Origin: Octopus sinensis
Taxonomy: Eukaryota
Direction of reading: 5' to 3'
DNA: 64,000 bases
Assembly: GCF_006345805.1 (NCBI RefSeq)
Contig: NC_043003.1
Span: 57,288,001 to 57,352,000, forward strand
Below, piece after piece: positions 53,389-64,000 of the stretch; within the stretch, counting starts at the first letter, position 1, and each line of letters begins with the position of its first letter. A program made the position numbers and the translations under genes. The notes beneath the pieces are model-generated. The model saw only the letters and a list, made by a program, of their open reading frames with translations, did not search any database and had not been told where the DNA came from.

Positions 53389-54317
53389 ATTTTGTATTCA
53401 TCACATCGGGAGCTGATATGAAAAACGAAAATTTTCAAATTATGTACTAGAATCGTGTTCATTGAATTCATCTTTATTTTATTTCCTCTGGCGAAAAATA
53501 TCGGAAATCAGAGCGTCGTGTGAAATACTTTGAAATGTTTGTTTTAGTTCTCACCCTTCTGAGTTAAAATCCTGCTAACGCCAACTTGCTCCTTTCCTTT
53601 ATTCAGAGTCGAAAAACAGAGTGTCAGTATAGGGAAGCGGCCAAGACAGATTCTTCGAAAGTCCACAACATGCCTTTCGGATTTTTGCGGGGATTTCTGT
53701 TCCGAATTCCGTGTAGAGAGAACCGTAATCAGTTACCTCTTTTGATACCAGCAATAACTTTTGGGTGACTTTAAAGGAGTTCAGTACTACAAGCATACAG
53801 ACTATGTTTCCCATTTCAGGGTAACAATCGTCCCTTCTGTCCACATGTCTCGGAACACATGAAGACATTAGAAAAGGAGCCACGCGCACTGACATGTCTC
53901 TGACTTCTGACTAAAAGAAACATTATCCATCTCTTCTTGCTTTAAAAATATAGTAAGGTGTAATTTTGAAATATTTAGTTTGTTTCCAGCAAATCGAGCG
54001 ACCTTGTAGTTGCACGCTCGTTAGCTTAGGGTACGTAATTTAATGCTGCAAGAAACTGTTTTCTGTGATTTACAAATTTCTCTCATCATCCAACTAGTGT
54101 TCCTCCAGGGTCGATGTAAATGATGAGCCAAAGAAAAGAAGTGAAAAAAAAAGAAAAATTTTTTTTTTACATAAAAACAACAAGTAAACGAAGAAATAAA
54201 TATGCATGTATATATTTATATAGGTATGTATGTGTGTATGTTGTGTCGTGAGTGCGATTATATATAATAAATAAATATACATATAAATAAAAAGATATAT
54301 ATATATCTATATTATAT

Positions 54318-54365
<48 letters not shown>

Positions 54366-54941
54366 AATATATATATATATAATATATATATATAGGTATA
54401 TATAGATATATATATATATATATATATACGAGAGAGAAAGAAAGAGAAAGAGAGGGACAGAAGATGAAGGACACTTTAGGAATGTGTGTCACGTGATCAT
54501 CACAAGTATTGAGAATGTTGTTTCGAACTAATGAAATGAAAAGAAAAAGGAACAAATGCAGAGATGAAGACAACAAAAATAACAATGTCAAAAAAAAAAA
54601 AAAAACAAAGGAAAAAAATGGCAAAAATTGAAGGAATGGTTGAAATGGCTTTATAAAAAAAAGAATAGAACACAGGATGAGGAATAAAACAAGGCAAAAC
54701 AAGAGAACGTGAGGAAGGCTTGAAGGAACGGCAGAAAATGTCCGCAAAATATTTTGTACACGGACACATAATAGACAGGTATGTATAAATATGTGTATGT
54801 TTGTATGTATGTATGTATTATATATATATATATATATTATATATACATATATATGTATATATATATATATATAAGTGTGTGTGTGTGTGAGTTTGTGTGT
54901 GGGTATGTTATGCGTTATACACACAAATATATATTTGTATA

Positions 54942-54983
<42 letters not shown>

Positions 54984-55701
54984 GCATTATACATCTATTT
55001 TTCATCTATCTTTCCGCATATCTACCTATGTGACTGTGTGTCTATCGCACATCCACATCTAACTCTCTTTCGCTTTCTTTCTCTCTCCTTGTGTGTGTAT
55101 ATATATATATATACATGCATTCTTACGTGCAAACATATTAATCAATTACAGACACACATATAAACATACTTATTTACATTCATACATACATACGTACAGA
55201 CATACGTATGTATATAAAGAAAGCAAACAGCCTGCTAGTGTATACTATACAGAAAAGAAACAAAATGGTCGTTTGGCTTAAAGCACAGAACAAGGTCAAC
55301 GTTACGTCAGTAAATGGAGATATGCAAAAAGCAGATGATACAAAACAGTGCTATTCGAATATGATGTCTATTTTTTCTTTAGTGTTGTCATCTATTTCTA
55401 GCTTCCTTTGTCGCTTTTCTTTTATCGTTTCACGTTTGCTTTTTGCTTTTTTTTTCTTTTTTTTTTTGCTTATTCTTTCAGTTTTTGATTGTGTTTTTCT
55501 TTGTAGACACTACACACTAATATGAAACTGCATATAAATAATATCTATCCATCTGTCTCTCCATCTATGTATCTACTTATGTCTCCCACAGTCGTTATCC
55601 CTTGATACACACGGTACACACACATAAATATGCATGCAAATATATACATTCACATAAAGATATATATATAGATATATAAATATATACATACATATATATA
55701 T

Positions 55702-55743
<42 letters not shown>

Positions 55744-56061
55744 ATATATATATCATATATATATATACATACATAAGATACATATATATACTAATATATA
55801 TATATTGTGTGGTGTATATATATATATATATATATATCGTTGTGCGAATATATATGCTAGAATGCATACTTATGTGTATGTTTGCGCATATGTGTGATCG
55901 TGTGTATACATACGTACGTGCTTATATTCATCCTTGGCCTGAGTCACAATATATGTATATCCATGCATACGCGCACACACATAGAAGCACATATATATGT
56001 ACGTATGTACGTTATGTATATGTGCATATATATATATGCATACATACATACATTCGTACGT

Positions 56062-56101
<40 letters not shown>

Positions 56102-57143
56102 TATATATACATATGTCTGTATGTATGTATGCATGTATGTATGTATATGGATTAATAATGTGGAGAGGAAAACCATTATTAGCAGTATGACTATAATATA
56201 GAAAAAAATGTCTTCGCATTGGATGTTCTACAAGACATCTTTCATAGAACTTCTTATATTAGCCTCTTTGTTCTTGTCCTTTATTTAGTGTCTTTCTTCT
56301 TTCTTCATTTCTTTTCTCCTTACTTTTCTTTCTTTTTACTTTTAATTTCTTTCACCGAATCACTCCCCCTCTCTCTATTACTCTCTCTCACACTCTTTCA
56401 TCTTTCTTCCCTTCTCTCTATAACTGCATCTATTCATTTTGGTATTTTACGCTTTCCTGCACATCGCAGGATGAACCAAAGGTCAATGGTGTCAATTTCT
56501 TTACGCAAGATTTCGTGTAAGATAATAATTGTAGCTTGTAGCGTTCAAGACTGCATTGTAAGAAGCAAGGTCAGAGAATTGCATTTTTCTTTCTTGTTTC
56601 TGTGGGGTTTTTTTTGTTTTTATTTCGTTTATATATTTATATTTTACATATCCAACAAAGATGGCGCACCTGGATGTCCAACACACTTGATACCTTCCTG
56701 TGTTGTGTCGCCTTCCAATCAACATGGTTTTGCTTGCGATTGATTTATCCGAATAAATCTGAGGAAAAGAAAGGAAGAAAGAAAGAAAGAAATAGACAGA
56801 CGGTCAAAAAAATACAACTATAAAGGGAGACACTCTTCGGAAGATTGGACGGAATAAAATACAATACTATAAAGTAAATATACAAATGTGTGTTTGTGTG
56901 TGTGTATCAATATATTTATGCAGCTATGTATATCTGTATGCATGTGTACACACATATTGCACCACCAAACAAACAGATAGAGTGACAGACAGTCAAGGAA
57001 GAAAGAAGAAAATATTACGAAGGACTTATTCAATGAACGCAGATTAAAAGTCGTTATGTTTGTTTGTATAAGTATGTATAAAACTTGGTAAATTTGGAAG
57101 TAGGCATGTGCACGTAATAGGAGCATGCATATGCATATATTCT

Positions 57144-57180
<37 letters not shown>

Positions 57181-57200
57181 TATATATACGTGTGTATATA

Positions 57201-57254
<54 letters not shown>

Positions 57255-57658
57255 GTGTAAGAATATATACATACATATGCATATACATACATATAAATGT
57301 TTTATATCTGTATATATATATTATATATATATATTATATTCAAATGTACGTATGCATATACATGTATGCAAATATCTACATACATATACATACGGTTTAA
57401 CATGTTGTATAGATTAAACAATGTATATATTCCGGAGTGTAGAAAGTATTAGGTATGCTTCAGTAGGTAGTTGTATCCATATGTAATATATGCAATCAAT
57501 GGGAGCAGGTGAGTGTGAAATATATATTTTCATAAATGAATGCTCAACATATAAGTACATTCATATGTATGATGGAAGATATTTGTATGTTTACGATATG
57601 TGCATATGTAAAGCGGTGCGCCTGGTTTGCATGATGCAAGCAACATATGTATATATAT

Positions 57659-57704
<46 letters not shown>

Positions 57705-58004
57705 GTATGTATATACATATTTGTATATGTATATTTATATATATACATATATATATTGTGTATATATATATATACATATATATATACATATATATATGTA
57801 TAATATATTCATATGCGCAGATAAGCATGTGTGTATGTACTTATATGTCGAGGTAAGTTGATAAAGTTTATACATATACAGACTTGTTTGTATGCTCATA
57901 TACATGTGTGCATGTATGCATGTACGTATATATAGAGTCATACATAGATATATATATATATACGATATATATGATGCATATATATATATATATATAAAGA
58001 AATA

Positions 58005-58009
58005 GATAG

Positions 58010-58043
<34 letters not shown>

Positions 58044-58066
58044 ATTGATAGATAGAGAGATAGATT

Positions 58067-58103
<37 letters not shown>

Positions 58104-58104
58104 C

Positions 58105-58178
<74 letters not shown>

Positions 58179-58180
58179 TA
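58005..58180. repeat. (GATA)n microsatellite
   Basis: Directly visible. Confidence 0.95.
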
Positions 58181-59202
58181 TTTATGTCTGTATGTATAAA
58201 TGTATGTATATACAGACGATATAAAAGCAATTGTTTTTTTTTTGTGACAAAGAGGAAGAACAATTTTTTACGAGTCTAGGTTGGGGGTTGGAAAGCTCTT
58301 AAAATTTAAGATTGCTGGGCTTTTTTACCTTTCCGGCGGGGTGCACTTCTAAATAAGCATGGACGACAGTTCGGTATACTTAGCTGATGAAGCGAGAGGA
58401 CGCAGAAAGGCCTGCAACGGTCAGGTGACGTTCTTCATGACCATATAGTGTATTTTCATACTTTGTTATTTTCTTCACTAGATATCTAGAAAGGTAACTC
58501 TCAGTTGTCTAATAAGCGAAGCTTGTTTTATCGGAAATCAGTCAGTAGTACCTGCCAAAATTGCACATTGGCCGCTATGGTGGTATAAATTCACGAGAAA
58601 ATGTAGAAAACAGTAACGTGGGGAAGTCCAGTCCAATTATGCTTGAAAAATATTTGAACATGTATCAGCTCTTCCCTGCATGTTAACGTGGAGAAAAAAC
58701 GTGAAAGAATTGTTTACATTTCGCGATAAATTTACACTAAGTACGATGCACAGATGACGGTTTCAATCTAATAGTGTTCCCGTTGCACATAAGGGACTTA
58801 CTTTTATTAATCTGATCTCGTAATTGCAACACTAGAGATTTTCCTGTTGCTGTTTTCTTATATCAGCAGTTCGGATTTGTGTTAGTATGCAGTTGGTACT
58901 GGTTACATGCTACTGATAAAGCTCAATGAGGCAGAAATACTCACTGTGCAATTACTCCGCCTCAGGTGGACAATTTTCGTCTGCTAATGATCTACTTGTG
59001 CTTTAAACACAGTACTACCATAAGAGATATTATCTCCAGAAGAATACAGCAGTAAATTTTCCCCTGTGATGAATATGCATATGGTATGATATACACTTGG
59101 GTATTTTAATGTAATACTGCTTCTGTTACACCTCACTCACACACACACACATAAATACATGCATACATACATACATTCATACATATATATATATATAAAT
59201 AT

Positions 59203-59253
<51 letters not shown>

Positions 59254-59278
59254 CATACATATAAACAGAGAGGCACAG

Positions 59279-59315
<37 letters not shown>

Positions 59316-59664
59316 GGAGATACATCGTAGAAAATACAAATCTGTCATACGTAAATTCATATCTAAATAATAAAATTCTTGCACACATACAAACATATGT
59401 AAATATAAGGAGACACAGACATAAGTATATATAGAAGCCTTGAAACACACATATACATGCGCCCGCGCTCGTACACGCATACACCATCCAACACATACAC
59501 ATATGCATAAGGCATACACATATATATGTATACATGCCCACACACACACACACACACCACACACACACACACACACTATCATCTAGACACTCTGAAGATG
59601 TGTGTGGAAATTTTACAGAGTCATTTTCTGCTGCTACTGATGCTGCTGCTGCAGATGGTAAAAA

Positions 59665-59688
59665 TTAATAATAATAATAATAATAATG

Positions 59689-59755
<67 letters not shown>

Positions 59756-59810
59756 CGACGACGACGACAACAACACCAACAATAACAACAACAACAACAA
59801 CAACAATAAC

Positions 59811-59854
<44 letters not shown>

Positions 59855-60010
59855 TAATAATAATAATAATAGTAATAATAATAATAATAATAATAACAAC
59901 AACAACAATAATCGATAATGTTGCTACTGCTGCTGTTACTGCTGCTGTTACTGCTACGATTGCTGTAACTGATGATGATGTTGATGGTGGTGATGATAAT
60001 GATGATGATG
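59665..60010. repeat. Compound trinucleotide tract AAT/GAT/GAC/AAC/GCT
   Basis: Directly visible. Confidence 0.95.
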
Positions 60011-61320
60011 ACGTCAACAACAATAGAACTAATAAAAACGTCGTATATTTGGCTATTTGATTGAACGCCCATGAGTTAATTCATTTAGAATAATTTCATA
60101 TATATAGAAGTAATCTTTAGGACAGCTATATTCAATAACGTTAATGAGATAATTCATTAAATTATTAATTAATTGCTTGCACAAGGGTGTTAACCGGACA
60201 CTTTCATTTACTAAAAGATAGAGCGACATCTATGTCCTATCAATATCTTGCTAAATACATAATAGCACACACACACACACATATACACATGTACACACGC
60301 TTTACACGTAAGAATCAAAAGTTTATTGAACCAATAAGGGAGCGTCTATGTATAATTTGTTTCCAGCCTTTTCAGTTCAAACTTACTTAGACTTAAGTGC
60401 CCCCACGTCTAACAGAACCGTTGAGCAGCCGCCCACATTGCATCGTACCATCGTAAGTTTACCAGCTGTAGGTCCATCCTGCGGCGTATTCTGTGCCGTT
60501 GCTCCTAAAGTTAACACTATTTCAAATTTACATTTTAAATTTTCTCAAATTTTACATATTAAACCTTTTACGTAGCTTGAGGTTTAACGGACAGCATTCT
60601 AAACTGAAGCTCAACTTCTTGCATTTAGGAGAGAGACTCTAAATGGAGCTGTCACTGTTGACTGGTAGCCGAGGTCTACGGAATGTAGTGTGGGTCACCT
60701 TCACTCAGGGAGACCTGGGGGTTGTTCGTCTTGAGTCTCCTCCGCCTTAGCCGTTGGCCGTAGCTGCAGCTTCTCCATCCGCCTTAGTGGTGCTGTGTTA
60801 AAAGCACCCTCTTGTATGCTTTAGCTTGCAAGTTCAGATGATGCTTCAGTGCGTGACACTTGGAACGATCACATGAGAGATTTAAGGCGTATGAGCTTGT
60901 GATCCCTGTCCAGCCTACCTTTCAAGCGACCGTGTGCTAGATACCAAAGCACTCAGCTTTTCTCAACAAAGGACCATTTTTATTCTCCTATGAATCCTCT
61001 CTCTCCATCTATCTTTGTAATATCTGTCTGTCATTACTCAAAAGGTTGATTTTAGTAACTGAAAATCTATATCATCAATTTTAGCAACTGTTAACAAAAT
61101 TCTTCCCTTTTATCTCTTATTTAAAGCTATGTATATATAACCAAATGCGAAACTAAATAAACAATTTTGTATTACACAAAGCACTTGTTTAATGAGATGA
61201 CTGATGCTTCTTTGATAATATCATATTCTGGATTTCAGGTCCGATGAAAGAGAGATTTAAGCGTTGACCATGTTTTAAAAAGCGTGAAACGAATATTTAC
61301 CATTTCTACAGATTTGAAAA

Positions 61321-61765
61321 TAACTTATTTTTGTTGTATATCGATAGAGTCATTATGTCAATATTAAACAAATGCACTGGTTCTATTTAATTTTTTTATT
61401 TGTTAATTGATTAACTATTTACCCAGTTAATAAATCAAATATTTGATTAATCGTTCGAACAATCAATCATTCAGATTTGTCAAAGTCCTTTCGTCGCCAT
61501 TCATGACATCATCAATGAAACCCATTTCGAAATCAGGTCTGCTTCAGGAAACGCAAAGAAAACAACAAAGACAAACCTAACTGATTGACTGATTGACCGA
61601 ACGATTAATCAAACGACCGAATAGCAAATTAGTTTAAGATTTAACCAAATCACAAATAAATGAAAAAAAATGCAAGGAAGTGAAATAGAGCCAGTGCGTG
61701 TTTAAATTGGCATAATACCACCCGAAGTATGTTTCAACACACGAGTTTACATCAAGAAAATAACT
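61321..61765. repeat. Old fold-back inverted repeat, MITE-like
   Basis: attatgtcaatattaaacaaatgcactggttctattt versus aaatagagccagtgcgtgtttaaattggcataat. tttgattaatcgttcg versus cgaacgattaatcaaa. Confidence 0.65.
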
Positions 61766-62055
61766 TTGAAAATTGGAAAGTTTATCTTATCTGCTCTGTT
61801 ACGTGTAAGTTACATTTGACAAACCCTGCACTTCCTTGAAATTTTGAATGACTTTTACTAGTTCCCAGTTGTACATTTGCTGGTCCCCAAGGGATCTGCG
61901 AATTCGTTGGGTGCTAACTGGTACTTAACTTACTAAATTTCCTTTACACTTACGAAGCTAGACAATGAAGTTTTATCTACAATAAACATCAAAAAACTCA
62001 GTGAAACCTGGCTGGAATGCCTTTGATCATGTAGGTAACCCAGTGCAAACTTTGT

Positions 62056-62082
62056 TTGTAAAATTTCAATTTTTTTAACAAA

Positions 62083-62119
<37 letters not shown>

Positions 62120-62701
62120 CCCCAAACCCTCCCCTCCCAACTCTATGGCCTTGGTCTTCAAGAAGGCTATCTACATGCTAGAAATAACAGCCAAATTTCA
62201 CAAAACTGCGATAACATAATGAACACATAAAGCACATTTTTTTTCGTTTTAGTGGCCGGGCGCTGTTATGACCCTTTTACTGTTTCACTATAATACATAC
62301 AGAAACAGACAAAGCAACCGTTCATTTTCACTTTTAGACGGAGGGATGGCGAAGAGGAGGGAAATTTTGGGTCGGAGTTTTTCGTAACAAATTTGAAATT
62401 AAAATTTGAATTTGTGTTTATTTTTTCCATATTCTTAATCTCTGTATTTTCCCACTTTGATTGATTGAAAAAAAAATTCGAAACGAGATAATAAAAAAAA
62501 ACCACTTTAATTTCACGTGAATTACTTTGTCATAATATTGCGAGAAATTACTCTGAAAGAAATCTTTGCAGAAAGGTAGATTGATTAAAAATTTCTTTCA
62601 TTATATTACCGCAGTTTTGTGAGATTTGGTTGTCATTTCTAGCCTGTGAATAGCCTGCTTGAAGACCAAGGCCGTAGAATTGGTAGGGGAGGGGGTTGAG
62701 G

Positions 62702-62791
<90 letters not shown>

Positions 62792-62850
62792 TCATTTACT
62801 ATTTTATTTATTTATGCATATTTTTTTGTTCAAAAATTGAAATTTTACAA
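62056..62850. repeat. Inverted duplication (arms 62056-62223 and 62597-62850) including a (TA)n tract
   Basis: ggccttggtcttcaag...gctagaaataacagccaaatttcacaaaactgcg versus cgcagttttgtgagatttggttgtcatttctagc...cttgaagaccaaggcc. Outer ends ttgtaaaatttcaattttt / aaaaattgaaattttacaa. Confidence 0.85.
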
Positions 62851-63206
62851 TTTGTTTTCACAATCGTAATCTTCGTATTTTCCTATGCATTTCGCAAAAA
62901 AAAAGGGAAAATGAAGAGAGGGGTGGTAGGGGTTGGAACTGAAAGTTTTAAAATGCGGTTTTTGAAAATATTTTTTCTCTGAATCGGATCTTCCATAACC
63001 AAAAACGTGGGATTATACATAACTACTTAAAGTAGTTATATATGTAATTATACATAATTATATATGTATGTATATTATATCATATATCTATATATATTAT
63101 ATATATATATATATATTATATATATATATGTATATTCAAATGTGTGTGTATTTGTTTATTTTAATTTTATATTTATATTATTATTATAACTTAACATTTG
63201 TACTTT

Positions 63207-63313
63207 ATAATCACTGAGGAAGCCTAGAGATTTATACAAGTACCTCAATCCACTTGAGTAATATATGTAGAATGAGGTATTTTTATATATTGGCTGAAAC
63301 AGCTGTAAGTTAT
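63207..63313 (+). ncRNA. Type I hammerhead with long stem II
   Basis: ataatca-CTGAGGA-agcc...tacctca...tgaggta...ggct-GAAA-c-agct-g-TA-agttat. Palindromic loop AGCT, GUA site, imperfect stem I. Island between (TA)n tracts. Confidence 0.65.
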
Positions 63314-63565
63314 TTTACCAATATATATTCATGTTTTTTATAATCATTACTGGTATCCTTATATATTACTATATTTTATATCTTGTATCTTATATGTAAA
63401 GATTAATATGCTATACGTATGTATGTTATTATAATTATCAGTTTAATAAATAAATAAGTTAACATCTTAATGTCCAGAAGTTGATGAACCACCAATTGTT
63501 CTCCTCCATTTTCTTATTTGATATATATATGTATGTATGTATGTATATATGTATGTAGGTATGTA

Positions 63566-63597
<32 letters not shown>

Positions 63598-63608
63598 ATA
63601 TATATATA

Positions 63609-63649
<41 letters not shown>

Positions 63650-63684
63650 GTATGTATGTATATATGTACGTATGTATGTATGCC

Positions 63685-63893
63685 TTTGTGTGTCTGTGTT
63701 TGTACCCTCATCATCGCTTGACAATTGATGTTGGTGTGTTTAAGTCCCGTAACTTGGCGGTTCGGCAAGACTGACCGATAGAATAAGTACTAGGCTTACA
63801 AAGAATAAGTCCTGGGATCGATTTGTTCGACTTAAGGCGATGCTTCAGCATGGCCTATATTCGGGTGGCTAAAACAAGTAAAAGAATAAAAGA
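63685..63893 (+). mobile_element. SINE family A, 3' half
   Basis: atcgcttgacaa...gaataagtactaggcttacaaagaataagtcctgg. Confidence 0.8.
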
Positions 63894-63933
<40 letters not shown>

Positions 63934-63939
63934 GGTGGC

Positions 63940-64000
63940 TTTCCATCGGTTGCGACGACGAGTGTTCCAGTTGATCCGATCAACGGAACAGCTTGCTCGT
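63940..64000 (-). mobile_element. 3' end of a SINE related to 31482-31841, runs off the window
   Basis: ccatcggttgcgacgacgag...gctcgt resembles ccgtcggttacggcgacgag...gctcgtg at 31491-31527. Confidence 0.6.

Noticed and set aside
54307-55005. 232-aa ORF and the many [12 protein letters not shown] ORFs across the window
   Set aside because: Dinucleotide repeats lack stop codons, so these are not genes.
56219-56743. 174-aa hydrophobic ORF
   Set aside because: Derived from CT/T-rich low-complexity sequence, with a non-ATG start and no recognisable domain or splice evidence.

Overview
AT-rich, repeat-saturated animal genomic DNA with no recognisable host protein-coding exon, so it is intergenic or deep intronic. 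The SINE families and extreme microsatellite load resemble a cephalopod, probably Octopus; this is an inference from recalled repeat families, not a search. Nearly all supplied ORFs are microsatellite artefacts. DNA transposons: a near full-length decayed mariner (10492-11766), a decayed maT/DD37D-like Tc1/mariner (~36186-37400), and mariner and hAT MITEs. Retroelements: five R4/Dong-like LINE fragments, several next to (TAA)n tracts; RTE and CR1-like LINE fragments; Penelope-like (PLE) GIY-YIG and RT fragments; three abundant tRNA-headed SINE groups. The most interesting signal is a set of short non-coding modules embedded in (TA)n/(TG)n tracts that carry type I hammerhead ribozyme folds. One fold has a compensated U3-A8 core, and most have palindromic stem-III loops. 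These modules occur with short terminal direct repeats or as long fold-back palindromes, consistent with a PLE-derived, retrozyme-like system. All structures were read by eye and none is experimentally or computationally confirmed.
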